The translations under genes were made by a program, and so were the position numbers. The notes below the pieces were generated by a model that was given only the letters and a program-made list of their open reading frames with translations, did no database searches and was not told where the DNA came from. From Macrostomum lignano (Eukaryota): 64,000 nucleotides of DNA. Of the stretch, positions 34,701 through 61,095 are shown piece by piece (the first letter of the stretch is position 1; the number at the start of each line of letters is the position of its first letter). Location of the stretch: positions 474,260 to 538,259 of the forward strand of contig NIVC01000553.1 of NCBI GenBank assembly GCA_002269645.1, given 5' to 3'.

Positions 34701-37700
34701 GAGAGGCATTACTGCCCATTCCGCCGACTCCCCTGAGCAGGCACACAAGCGCGCGGATACGTACGCAGTCATACGCACAGGCACACACTCACACAGGAGT
34801 GTACAGCGGCCCTAACTTTATTTATCGTTAGGCATGTACACTTCACTGTGCCTTGGGGGTTGGCCCTCAAGGCCGTTCATTTGGCTCAAGCAGAGCCAAG
34901 CCGAGATTCCAATTGAGCCCCGAATTAATGCGACTGCACTTGGAATCGAGCCTGGGCCGCTGGCATATCAGAGCGCGGCGCTAAGTCGCCCCCTTCGTCA
35001 CAGCCTGCCTTCCCTTCTCCTTCCGGAGGTTGAGCTGGAGCGCCACTGGCAGAGCAACATCATATTTCATGATGACTTCTTTTCTTGGGCAGCAGAGGAG
35101 AGCATCTGTGTTGTAGTCTTCTTTCAATCATTTTCGCATTTGCATTATTGGGTTTGGCCTCGACCACCTATATTTGTTAGCTTGGTCCTTCTGCTCAACT
35201 CTCTCATTTTGAGCTGTGCTGCATTACTTAAATTAGACGCGCTAAGTCCGATGAGATTTCCTCTGCTTTCTGTCAAAGAAGTTTTTCGCTAATTTACTCA
35301 GACACAGCATTAGCTCATAGCAATAACATCTGCAGGTGAATTCCCGACTTACTCGAGCAGTAAACCAAACTTTTAAACTGGAATTCCTCACAATAAAAGA
35401 CTAAAAACAATTTGTGAAAATGACAATCATTTTAACAAACAATCGTCAACAAACAACCGTCAACAAACAACCGTCACAACAAACAGCCGTCACAACAAAC
35501 AACCGTCACAACAAACAACCGTCAACAAACAACCGTCACAACAAACAACCGTCACAACAAACAACCGTCACAACAAACAACCGTCACAACAAACAACCGT
35601 CACAACAAACAACCGTCACAACAAACAACCATCTCAACAAACAACTGTCACAACAAACAACCATCTCAACAAACAACTGTCACAACAAACAACCATCTCA
35701 ACAAACAACTGTCACAACAAACAACCATCTCAACAAACAACTGTCACAACAAACAACCGTCACAACAAACAACCGTCACAACAAACAACCGTCACAACAA
35801 ACAACCGTCACAACAAACAACCGTTACAACAAACAACCATCTCAACAAACAACTGTCACAACAAACAACCATCTCAACAAACAACCGTCACAACAAACAA
35901 CCGTCACAACAAACAACCGTCACAACAAACAACCGTCACAACAAACAACCGTCACAACAAACAGCCGTCACAACAACCAACCGTTACAACAAACAACCAT
36001 CACAAGAAACAACCATCTCAACAAACAACCGTCACAACAAACAACCGTCACAACAAACAACCATCACAAGAAACAACCATCTCAACAAACAACCGTCACA
36101 ACAAACAACCGTCACAACAAACAACCATCACAAGAAACAACCATCTCAACAAACAACCGTCACAACAAACAACCGTCACAACAAACGGACGCCCATCCAT
36201 TTGCAGACTCCTCAATTCAGTTCGCCGATGTCTCAGCCGACGAAGTCCATCTAATCGATGCCGCAGACTCGAAGTTCTCGAGCTCAGTTTCCGGTTCGGC
36301 GCTGCGGCTCGGAGCTGCGGCTTCTTCAACTGCGGCAAATTTTGGCGCCAGTCAGCAGCGCAAGAAGCCGGCGCTGAGGCGCCTGTTCAGCCGCGAGAAC
36401 CGCTCCGGATTTCTGCTGCTGCAGGGCGCCTCCTCACCAACGGAGGTTGGTGGAGCCACCGCCGCCGCCGCCGCCGCCGACGCCTTTTCGAAAGGTGCCG
36501 CTGACGAAGGCGCCATCGGTGGCGCCTACCAAGCGTTGGTGAACGAGTCGGATGAGTCCGAGATTGAGGGACCCGGTGAGCACGCCAGGGAGTGCGATTG
36601 ATGGCGCCGATTCGGGTATTGGAGATTGGCGCCACTTGTAGGTGTCGGGGATCGGCGCCACTTCTAGATGTCATGGATTGGCGCCACTTTTAGGCGTCAG
36701 GGATCGGCGCCACTTCTAGTTGTCAGGGATTGGCGCCACTTCTAGGTGTCATGGATTGGCGCCACTTTTAGGTTTCAGGGATCGGCGCCACTTTAATTTT
36801 AGGGATCGGCGCCACTTTTAGGTTTCAGGGGTCGGCGCCACTTTAATTTTAGGGATCGGCGCCACTTCTAGGTGTCAGGGATCGGCACCATTTTAATTTT
36901 GAGGATTGGCGCCACTTCTAGGTGTCAAGGATCGGCGCCACTTCTAGCTGTCTGGGATTGGCGCCACTTCTAGGTGTCAGGCATCGGCGCCACTTCTAGG
37001 TTACAGGGATCGGCGCCACTTTTAGGGATCGGAGCCACTTTTAGGTTCTAAGGATTGGCGCCACTTTTAGGTTTTAAGGATTGGCGCCACTTCTTGGTGT
37101 CCTGGATCGGCGCCACTTTTAGGGATCGGGGCCACTTTTTAGGCTTTAAGGATCGGCGCCACTTCTAGGTGTCATGGATTGGCCCCATTTGCTAGATGTC
37201 AGGGATCGGCACCACTTTAATTTTAGGGATCGGTGTCACTTCTGGATGCGAGGAATTGACGCTAGAAATCATGCAATCAGCTTTCACTATTTTCCGTTCT
37301 CTCTGGCACAGCGGGGTACTGCAGGGCTCTTTCGGCTTGATGCAGCTCACTGACTTGGCCTGCAGGACTCTCTATTCAAAACCACGCACCGCTAGGCCCA
37401 TTGTCAACAATGGGTTCACTCCGTCCTCTGTGTAAGCAGCTGCCCTGATTTCCTGAGCACCTGACTCAAGCTGCTCAGCTTCAACAATCCCAATGTCGAC
37501 CTTCATTGAGCCACCATCTCTCATTGTGGGCTCAGCGCTATTCTATAAATAGATTGTTGGATGGAAATCTTAAATCATTGAATCTGAATCGCAAAAATTC
37601 ACTGTGAATCTCAACCATTCACTGTGAATCTGAATAATTCACTGTGAATCACAACCATTCACTGTGAAACGCAATAATTCACTGTGAATCTCAACCATTC

Positions 37701-38625
37701 ACTGTGAATCACAATAACTCACTGTAAAGCTCAACCATTCACTGTGAACTGCAAAAATTCACTGTGAATCTCAACCATTCACTGTAAAGCGCAATAATTC
37801 ACTGTAAATCTCAACCATTCACTGTGAACTGCAAAAATTCACTGTGAATCTCAACCATTCACTGTGAGCTGCAATAATTCACTGTGAATAACAACCATTC
37901 ACTGTGAAACGCAATAATTCACTGTGAATCTCAACCATTCACTGTAAACTGCAAAAATTCACTGTGAATCTCAACCATTCACTGTGAGCTGCAATAATTC
38001 ACTGTGAATCACAACCATTCACTGTGAAACGCAATAATTCACTGTGAATCTCAACCATTCACTGTAAAGCGCAATAATTCACTGTGAATCACAAACATTC
38101 ACTGTGAATCACAAACATTCACTGTGAACCGCAATAATTCACTGTGAATCTCAACCATTCACTATGAACTGCAAAAATTCCCTGTGAATCACAACCATTC
38201 ACTGTGAACCGCATTCTTTCACAATCCTCCTCCCGATTGCAGAGCAGGAGGAGCTGTGGCGCGAGATGGAGCAAGTTGTGAATCGACTCAGACAGGACCG
38301 CCTGTCCATCAGCCCGGAGAACATTGTCACAGTGGACCGGCCGCTCATTCTCGAGAACAGTCAGGATGTGATGCAACTCATTGAACGACTTCAACTCGGA
38401 GGTCACCTTCGCCAGCTGACCCGAGCTGCATCCATGCCGTCCATCAGCCAGTGGCAGTCGCAATTCCCGAAGCCCGGAGACGATCTGCTGTCGAGTTTGC
38501 CGCAGGCCAGTCTGACTGTGCAGAAGAGGCGCTATCTGAGAGCCGTGTCCGACAATGGCGTGTTGCCGTGTCGAAGGGAGGCGCCCGCGGCCGCCGCCGC
38601 TGTTGCGTCCGAGCCAGTCAGCTGA
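31711..38625 (+). CDS. Predicted membrane protein with hydrophobic hairpin and long cytoplasmic tail; 5' end unresolved
   Basis: Exons 31711-31849, 32014-32144 (ATTG|GTGAGT), 33209-33418 (CCGG|GTGAGT), 36207-36575 (CCCG|GTGAGC) and 38243-38625. The last three junctions are phase 1. TM region GVAKGTAMIVIGVPVCTIAAGIGATAIVAYGLASPFYYGG followed by a basic KKLVKKIRRR. Reading frame of the first exon is uncertain. Confidence 0.55.
32205..32760. repeat. Degenerate ~22-bp CT-rich minisatellite (TCAGAATCTCATCTCTCCC)
   Basis: Recurrent CAGAATCTCAT core. Confidence 0.8.
32801..33242 (+). repeat. Six 75-bp tandem copies spanning a 3' splice site and the start of an exon
   Basis: Acceptor-like GCATGCAG ends at 32833, 32908, 32983, 33058, 33133 and 33208; the last copy runs into the unique exon. 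Confidence 0.92.
33455..34150. repeat. 14-bp minisatellite (AATAGATTAGGGTG/GA)
   Basis: Tandem copies beginning shortly after donor 33419. Confidence 0.9.
34783..34993 (-). mobile_element. tRNA-derived SINE, family A, copy 2 (head partly eroded)
   Basis: Homologous to 16500-16729; B-box-like GGCTCGATTCC on the reverse strand. Confidence 0.7.
35440..36185. repeat. 16-bp minisatellite (GTCACAACAAACAACC)
   Basis: Tandem copies ending just before acceptor 36206. Confidence 0.93.
36605..37240. repeat. ~26-bp degenerate minisatellite (GGGATCGGCGCCACTTCTAGGTGTCA)
   Basis: Tandem copies starting about 30 nt after donor 36576. Confidence 0.9.
37590..38212. repeat. 20-bp minisatellite with alternating variants and palindromic core TTCACTGTGAA
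   Basis: Tandem copies ending before acceptor 38242. Confidence 0.92.
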
Positions 38626-38789
38626 TTTTGCAACTGAAGTGTGTCTTTGTTGTTGCCGTCAATATGTACATGCAGCGACTTAAGCTCGGACAATAGACTT
38701 CAAGAAGTACCAACTAGATGAATCTCGGACAGATGATCTGGGATACAATCCGAGTATCTCGAACATGAGTTTTCTGATGCTAGAATTTA

Positions 38790-39980
38790 AACACTATAAC
38801 TCGGACGCAAGATTTAAGATACTAGACTTCAGACACGTTATCTCGGACACCATATCTCTGATACTATATCTCGGATAGTATATCTTGAACACTAAACCTC
38901 GGACAATAGATCTCGGACAATAGATCTCGGACAATAGATCTCGGACAATAGATCTCGGACAATAGATCTCGGACAATAGATCTCGGACAATAGATCTCGG
39001 ACAATAGATCTCGGACACGATATCTCGGACACTGGATATCGGACACTAGATGTGGGACAATACTAGTAGATCTTGAACACTATATCTCGGACACTATAAT
39101 TCGGATAGTAGATCTCAGACACTATAATTCGGATACTAGATCTCGGACATTATAATTCGGATACTAGATCTCGGACACTAGATCTCGGACACTAGATCTC
39201 GGACACTAGATCTCGGACAATAGATCTCGGACAATAGATCTCGGACAATAGATCTCGGACAATAGATCTCGGACAATAGATCTCGGACAATAGATTTCGG
39301 ACACGATATCTCGGACACTGGATATCGGACACTAGATGTGGGACAATACTAGTAGATTTTGAACACTATATCTCGGACACTATAATTCGGATAGTAGATC
39401 TCAGACACTATAATTCGGATACTAGATCTCGGACATTATAATTCGGATACTAGATCTCGGACACTAGATCTCGGACACTAGATCTCGGACAATAGATCTC
39501 GGACAATAGATCTCGGACAATAGATCTCGGACAATAGATCTCGGACAATAGATCTCGGACAATAGATCTCGGACAATAGATTTCGGACACGATATCTCGG
39601 ACACTGGATATCGGACACTAGATGTGGGACAATACTAGTAGATTTTGAACACTATATCTCGGACACTATAATTCGGATACTAGATCTCGGACAATAGATC
39701 TCGGACACTAGATCTCGGACAATAGATCTCATGCACTAGATCTCGGACAATAGATCTCGGACACTAGATATCGGTCACTAGATATCGGACGCAAGACCTT
39801 GGTCACTAGATCTTGGACGCTAGATCTCGAACACTACTATTAGATCTTGGACACTATATCTCGGACACTATAATTCGGACACTAGATCTCGGACATTTGA
39901 GCTTGGACACTAAATCTCGGACACTAGATATCGGACACTAGATCTCGGACACTATAATTACTATAATTCAGACACTAGAT
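38790..39980. repeat. 14-bp minisatellite (CTCGGACAATAGAT) with 286-bp higher-order blocks
   Basis: Variant block ACACGATATC recurs at 39015, 39301 and 39587. Confidence 0.92.
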
Positions 39981-40439
39981 CTTAGATGTTAGGCTCTGAA
40001 GCAAGTTTCTTCAATCTCATTATGGGCTGTGTGCTATAAGCAATTGGTAAATCATTGTATAATTAACATTCTACATGTACATTTAAACAAACTGGCAAAG
40101 CAATTGTGTTTAATTTAAAAATTCCTTCATCGAAACAAATGAAATTATTCGGAGCTGGATGAATTGGCTCGGAAAATTTGTTCTGTGAACTTCAAATCAA
40201 CAAAGTTTGACTTTTTCTGTTTTTTTTAAGTATTTTTTGTTTTAAACGTTTGTTTCTTGTACATACTGAAACATGTCGTTGTACGTCGATCGCATATGTT
40301 AAACAAAACAAGAACGAATTAACTACGTGCCGAGAAAATTCTACAATAGTAAAACAGATGCCAGTTGAAATTTTGAGTTTCGCGTTATTTTTTATTCAAA
40401 ATTCGGCCCTAGTGAGGATTCTCAGGCTCGTATTGCGAA

Positions 40440-40636
40440 GGGAACTTGAGGGTCGGAGATGAGGGAAGGGGAGAGGCAGATGGAGACGGGGAGAAGAAGA
40501 GAGAGGTTGAGGGAGACGAGAGAGGGGGAGGGGGAGGAAGAGGGAGGGAAGAGAGGGAGACGGTGATGGGAGAAGGAGATGGAGGGGTTGGGAGAGATCG
40601 AGAGAATCAGGGAGACTCAAAGGGATAAGGAGAAAT

Positions 40637-40733
<97 letters not shown>

Positions 40734-41215
40734 ATTAGGAGAGAGGGAGAGGGATAGGGATTAGGAGAGAGGGAGACGGATAGGGATTAGGGGAGAGGGA
40801 GAGGGATGGGGATTAGGAGAGAGGGAGAGGGATAGGGATTAGGAGAGAGGGAGACGGATAGGGATTAGGGGAGAGGGAGAGGGATGGGGATTAGGAGAGA
40901 GGGAGAGGGATAGGGATTAGGGGAGAGGGAGAGGGATTAGGAGAGAGGGAGAGGGATAGGGATTAGGAGAGAGGGAGAGGGGGATTAGGGGAGAGGGATA
41001 GGGATTAGGAGAGAGGGAGAGGGATAGGGATTAGGCGAGAGGGAGAGGGATTAGGGGAGAGGGAGAGGGAGTAGGCGAGAGGGAGAGGGATTAGGGGAGA
41101 GGGAGAGGGATTAGGCGAGAGGGAGAGGGATTAGGAGAGAGGGACAGATCGAGAGAATCAGGAAGACTCAAAGGGATAAGGAGAAATAGTGGGAGAGAGA
41201 GAGGGAGACGAGAAA
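40440..41215. repeat. GA-rich low-complexity region with (GA)n and GGGATTAGGAGAGAGGGAGA units
   Basis: Purine-rich simple repeats; a flanking ~45-bp segment is duplicated near 40597 and 41148. Confidence 0.85.
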
Positions 41216-41744
41216 GGGAGTTAGGAGCAGCCGCAAGCCAAAATTACCGGACAAAGAGCCCTGGCGACAAAGCAGACCCTCCCCAGCTCCCTCATCAAAG
41301 CTGCGCCAAAGAAGACCTCCCTGAGCCGCGCAGTTTCGTGTTTCCCTCTTGCCCAGCCAAATCCAAGGGCAACACAAAGCGCAGTGCGCTTAGCAGGCAC
41401 AGGATTATCTCCCTCTAATATCTGAGTGGCTCAAATAGCGAGCGCAGCTGCTCCATTTTCTGTTGCCTTTCGAACATTATTTGATCAGTGCATAATTTTT
41501 CTCACCGAGACTGGCGACTACTCGGAATGCACATGTACAGGGCGAGGCCGGGGAGGAAGTGTAGAGCCCACTGTATTAAATATTTCACAGCCCCCTCGAG
41601 CTCAGGGCAGCCGGTTGCAAATGCGTGCGTGAGACACGAGTAGGTTGCGTATGAACTTTTCATGGAGAACTTCTTATCAGCTTACAGATGGTCGACTCGG
41701 CTCACTGAGTCAAGGCGTTTTAGGACTGGAGTCATCTGCATCCA

Positions 41745-43345
41745 GACACTCAGTTTATTAGTGCTCAGGCACTCAGTTTATTAGTACTCAGGCACTCAGT
41801 TTATTAGTGCTCAGGCACTCGGTTTATTAGTGCTCAGGCACTCGGTTTATTAGTGCTCAGGCACTCGGTTTATTAGTGCTCAGACACTCGGTTTATTAGT
41901 GCTCAGGCACTCAGTTTATTAGTGCTCAGACACTTTGCTTAGCTTCTATAAACACTTTCAATTTAGCTCATAAACACACCCAATTCAGCTCATAAACATA
42001 CTCAATTTAGCTCATAAACACACTCAATTTAGCTCATAAACACACCCAGTTCAGCTCATAAACACACTCAATTCAGCTCATAAACACACTCAATTCATCT
42101 CATAAACATACTCAATTTAGCTCATAAACACACCCAATTCAGCTCATAAACACACCCAATTCAGCTCATAAACATACTCAATTCAGCTCATAAACACACT
42201 CAATTCAGCTCATAAACACACCCAATTCAGCTCACAAACACACCCAGTTCAGCTCACAAACACACCCAATTCAGCTCATAAACACACCCAATTCAGCTCA
42301 TAAACACACCCAGTTTAGCTCACAAACACACCCAGTTCAGCTCACAAACACACTCAATTCAGCTCATAAACACACCCAGTTTAGCTCACAAACACACCCA
42401 ATTCAGCTCATAAACAAACTCAATTCAGCTCATAAACACACCCAATTCAGCTCACAAACACACCCAGTTCAGCTCACAAACACACTCAATTCAGCTCATA
42501 AACACACCCAGTTTAGCTCACAAACACACCCAATTCAGCTCATAAACACACCCAATTCAGCTCATAAACACACTAAATTCAGCTCATAAATACACTCAAT
42601 TCAGCTCATAAACACACCCAGTTTAGCTCACAAACACACCCAATTCAGCTCACAAACACACCCAATTCAGCTCAAAAACACACCCAATTCAGCTCATAAA
42701 CACACTCAATTCAGCTCATAAACACACCCAATTTAGCTCATAAACACACTCAATTCAGCTCATAAACACACTCAATTCAGCTCATAAACACACTCAATTC
42801 AGCTCATAAACACACTCAATTCAGCTCATAAACACACTCAATTCAGCTCATAAACACCCTCAATTCAGCTCATAAACACACTCAATTCAGCTCATAAACA
42901 CACTCAATTCAGCTCATAAACACACCCAATTCAGCTCATAAACACACTCAATTCAGCTCATAAACACACTCAATTCAGCTCATAAACACACCCAATTTAG
43001 CTCATAAACACACTCAATTCAGCTCATAAACACACCCAATTTAGCTCATAAACACACTAAATTCAGCTCATAAACACACTCAATTCAGCTCATAAACACA
43101 CTCAATTCAGCTCATAAACACACCCAATTCAGCTCATAAACACACTCAATTCAGCTCATAAACACACCCAATTTAGCTCATAAACACACTCAATTCAGCT
43201 CATAAACACACTCAATTCAGCTCATAAACACACTCAATTCAGCTCATAAACACACTCAATTCAGCTCATAAACACACTCAATTCAGCTCATAAACACACC
43301 CAATTTAGCTCATAAACACACTCAATTTAGCTCATAAACACACGG
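41745..43345. repeat. Adjacent 23-bp (CACTCAGTTTATTAGTGCTCAGG) and 22-bp (AATTCAGCTCATAAACACACTC) minisatellites
   Basis: 23-mer at 41745-41935; 22-mer at 41955-43345. Confidence 0.93.
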
Positions 43346-43530
43346 AGTTCAGCTTTTAAATTCATTGAAGTCATTGAAATGGAGCCTCAATAAAGAAAAG
43401 AATAACTGGGATTCATCCCTAGTCAGTTTCCATCCCAGATGACTCATTCTTAGTAGTCCATGGTCGGGCACTGGATAAACAGCCAATCTACTCCATCATG
43501 TTATCTATCAACCCACTTGTACTACACTCG

Positions 43531-57061
<13,531 letters not shown>

Positions 57062-58364
57062 TTCTGATTCTAAAAATAGAAATGAAGAGCAAACTATTTC
57101 TAACTAATTATATGACGAAGGATCTTTGTAATAAAATTTGTGTATAGTTACTCGCGCCGTCTACTTTCTCAATTTTGTAGCTTTTGAATGCGATTTATTA
57201 ATGACGATAACAGAACTCCCCTGAAACTGTTTAGATGCATCGGACTACACCATAAACCCAAATTGTTTTAAAGCACTGCATTTAGGCCAAAAATAACATT
57301 GTAGAAAGCATTTTAATATGCTTTATTTTTAGAAGCAATGTTTCGACGCATACTTAATGCAGGCATAGCTCTGGGGGTGGTCCGATCTGATTCCTTGTGG
57401 ACTTGTTTTTTAGCACCTTCCACCAGGTGAACAGATTCCATTCAGATTCTTAGGCGTATAGAATAACGCTTAGCTCCATCATAGGCGGTCATTCGACCCC
57501 ACGAGTGAAATCTCTTAGGTGCGAAAGATGGGTCTTTGTCTTTCGATTTTATGGTGTCTAAAACTAACTGTTGGGATCTATAAATATATACATGTGGGAT
57601 CTGAAACCGTCTGAGAAGACCCAGATTATGGGACAACTATCTCATTATGCTTAAAAATCAATGCAGCAATCTCCCTGCCTGCATAATATGCTAGCGCATG
57701 GATACCGAAGTTTGTGAGGCAAAATTTTGTCAATTAATAAACTATTATGGGCAGCGTTAAACTTTGATTTAACCGCATAACCCATGCAGTTCAAAACATT
57801 TTTTACCTGCATTTTTAGCCCTCCACCCAAAAAAATCAGTTGGCAACCAAGCGCGATGAAGGAGGGGATCAGGGAAGCCACATGCAGTTTTTTAATATCA
57901 TTTTACAGGTTGACTTCAATGATGGCTTGTAGGATTTAACGCGCGATTCAAACTATGAATAATAATCATGATAATATTAGTCAATTATAAGGTTACTTTG
58001 TAGCTAGGTGTCTAGCGGCTTTATACAGCAACTCATTTTGATTTATTACCAGAGTTAAAGATGATTTCACTCAAATATTATTCTGGTTTTCATATTTTTC
58101 GCTTAGCTCACTTGATAATGCTATATGATCAGCTGTTCCTATCTCTTTGGTGTGTTTTTCTTAGCCGAAGTTTTCTATGGCCGAAACCCTATTCAGCGCT
58201 GTGCAAAACAGCAAATCTTCTGTCCTTCCACTTCTGTTAGCCAAGATTTGGTAAAACAAATCCGAAATGTAATAAACTAAACTGAATCTTTAATATATAT
58301 AGTGTTTTTACTTTCACTATTGATTCTCATTGCTGACCGCCGTTGCCCCCTAAATCAATGCTTA

Positions 58365-58575
58365 GCGCCCTCTGTTTGGCGCCTCCGCCTGTTGGCTGTT
58401 TGGCGCCCTCTGTTTGGCGCCCTCTCTTTGGCGCCCTCTGTTTGGCGCCCTCTGTTTGGCGCCCTCTCTTTGGCGCCTCTGTTTGGCGCCCTCTCTTTGG
58501 CGCCCTCTGTTTGGCACCCTCTGTTTGGCGCCCTCTGTTTGGCGCCCTCTGTTTGGCGCGCCCTGTTTGGCGCCC
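58365..58575. repeat. 14-bp minisatellite (TTTGGCGCCCTCTG)
   Basis: Tandem copies. Confidence 0.9.
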
Positions 58576-58893
58576 CCTATCCAATAAGTCATTGAATACT
58601 AACATACTAACCGTATTAGCATACTAACCGCCGTCAGGTTTGCTTAACTTATACACCACCCACTCAGCTATAAGGAAGCCGGGACCCTTTCTGTGCATAG
58701 GCAATTCTTAGTGAATAATTTATTAATCACGCTAAAGCAATAATACAATATTATTTTATACTAGTAAACTAAACTTACCATCCGATCCAAGTTATGGAAT
58801 TTGTCGTAAGCTCCAACCGATTTACGAAACTGTTGCTAGCAAATCTTAAATTATATTGGGGCCCTGTAGGACGTGAAGGAAGACACAGCTTAC

Positions 58894-59070
58894 CGAAATT
58901 GTGGATTTTGTTTTAAACTGAAGTGGCTTCTGCATGTGACGTTGACGGAGGGCGCAAAATCTACTTTTGGTTGTTTTCTAGTGACTCTGCGGAGCGAGCC
59001 CTGATTGGCTGGGAGCTCCCCGACCGCCATGCACCCATCGTGAATTTTGGGCAGCTGCGGTCCAATGGGA
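58894..59070 (-). promoter_or_regulatory. Candidate alternative promoter/first exon of the 2DBD-NR
   Basis: AGCCAATCAG CCAAT box (reverse complement of 59001-59010), a second CCAAT near 59062, and donor CG|GTAAGC at 58893. Confidence 0.35.
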
Positions 59071-59349
59071 TTCCCGATCCTATACTGAGTCTGGTCAGCG
59101 ATTTCCCCACCGAGTGGTAAAACTCGACTCCTCAAAAATATTGGCAGCCGCCAAGACTGTCTAAACTGAGTTCAAGGTCTCAGGCCTGATTATTAGTATT
59201 ACCAGCCACAATGCAACACTTTTAAATAACTACATTTGTAACTCCCAAGACTTTTCAAATACTTCATTCATTGAACGAGACGTAAGACTGTCTGTACTCT
59301 CTACTCTGCACTGCCTGTCTATTATTCACTTTTCCTTTCGAATATACTT

Positions 59350-59790
59350 CTCTCTCTCCTCTCTCCTCTGTCCTGATCTTCTCTCTTCTCTCTATCCTCT
59401 ATCCTCTCTCCTCACTCTTCTCTTCTCTCTTCTCTCTATCCTCTCCTCTCTCCTCTCTCCTCTCTCCTCTCTCCTCTCTCCTCTCTTCTCTCTCCTCTCT
59501 CCTCTCTCCTCTCTATCCTCTCCTCTCTCCTCTATCCTCTCTCCTCTTTCCTCTCTCCTCTCTCCTTTATCCTCTCTCCTCTCTCCTCTATCCTCTCTCC
59601 TCTATCCTCTATCCTCTATCCTCTCTCCTCTATCCTCTCTCCCCTCTACTCTCTCCCCTCTACTCTCTCCCCTCTACTCTCTTCCCTCTACTCTCTCCTC
59701 TCTCCTCTCTCCCCTCTCCCTCTCTCCCCTCTCCCCTCTCCCCTCTCCCTCTCTCCCTCTCTCTCTCCCCCTCTTTTCTCCCCTCTCCCC
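59350..59790. repeat. CT-rich microsatellite (CCTCTCT)n
   Basis: Polypyrimidine simple repeat. Confidence 0.9.
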
Positions 59791-60189
59791 ACACATTATC
59801 ACACATTACACACACATTATCGTGTACATTTATATGTACATGATATACATATACACGTACCCTAGTAATCTGCGCCCCCCATTCAAAATTGTCTTAATCC
59901 GTACCTGTATTCGTAGCGATAAAAATAATCTTAAAAACAGTATAATGTATAAAAAAAAAAATTTGATGACTTATCCTCTGCATTGAGACTGCAGCAGACT
60001 GCCCCCACCTCTCTATACAGGGCTATATTGAGTGACTCTCACTTTTTGCACACTATGCATTTGTATAGCTTATAATTTGTGTGCATTGCAACGCAAGTGC
60101 AAGAATTCGATGCTGCAGTTGGGGGGGGGGGGCGGGGCGCTTATATTACGGAATGGCGGTTTCGTATTACTGTTGAAACACCAACTTAC

Positions 60190-60307
60190 ACGGGGGGACC
60201 CTGCATATCGTTTGGCCTCAATATTGGAGATGCTGCTGCTGCTGCTGGTGCTGCTGCTGCTGGTGGTGCAGGATGCTGAATTAATTTCGGCATTCCACAT
60301 GGTGAAG
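60190..60307 (-). other. Upstream exon, probably of the 2DBD-NR, carrying an ATG (MWNAEINS...SPR)
   Basis: Acceptor gcatttcag, CACCATG start context at 60300, donor CGT|GTAAGT. Confidence 0.5.
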
Positions 60308-60469
60308 CTGAAATGCAGGCTTGCCAGAATTCTTGCCAGAGACGTTGTGGAGAATATGCAGTAGAGGGCGGAGAGTAGGTCAAGGCCATAGAGATTAGAG
60401 AGCAGACTTAGGAATGGAGAGCAAGAGAAGAGATCAGGGGCCGAGGTCCGAAAGTAAAGGACGGAGTTT

Positions 60470-61095
60470 AGAGGCGGAGAGTATAGAGAGCGGAGATTAT
60501 TGGCAGAAGGTAGAGGGCGGATAGTAGAGGGCGGAGATTAAGGGGCGGAAACTAGAGGGCGGAGATTAAGGGGCGGAAAGTAGAGGGCGGAGATTAAGGG
60601 CGGAAAGTAGAGGGCGGAGATTAAGGGCGGAAAGTAGAGGGCGGAGATTAAGGATCGAAAAGTAGAGGGCAGAGATTAAGGCCGAAAAGTAGAGGGCGGA
60701 GATTAAGGGGCGAAAAGTAGAGGGTGGAGATTAAGGGGCGGAAAGTAGAGGGCGGAGATTAAGGGGCGGAAAGTAGAGGGCGGAGATTAAGGATCGAAAA
60801 GTAGAGGGCAGAGATTAAGGCCGAAAAGTAGAGGGCGGAGATTAAGGGCGAAAAGTAGAGGGTGGAGATTAAGGGGCGGAAAGTAGAGGCGGAGATTAAG
60901 GGCGGAAAGTAGAGGGCGGAGATTAAGGGGCGGAAAGTAGAGGGCGGAGATTAAGGGGCGGAAAGTAGAGGGCGGAGATTAAGGGCGGAAAGTAGAGGGC
61001 GGAGATTAAGGGGCGGAAAGTAGAGGGCGGAGATTAAGGGGCGGAAAGTAGAGGGCGGAGATTAAGGGGCGGAAAGTAGAGGGCGGAGATCAAAG
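60470..61095. repeat. 27/28-bp GC-box minisatellite (AGAGGGCGGAGATTAAGGGGCGGAAAGT)
   Basis: Tandem copies, most with two GGGCGG. Confidence 0.93.

Noticed and set aside
37290-37440. Possible extra exon with a good polypyrimidine acceptor and GTAAGC donor
   Set aside because: Phase 2-2 does not fit the phase-1 flanking junctions; in phase 1 it stops after 9 codons
41200-41420. Short GC-richer open frame (GAAASQNYRTKSPG...)
   Set aside because: No clear start or splice context and no recognisable motif
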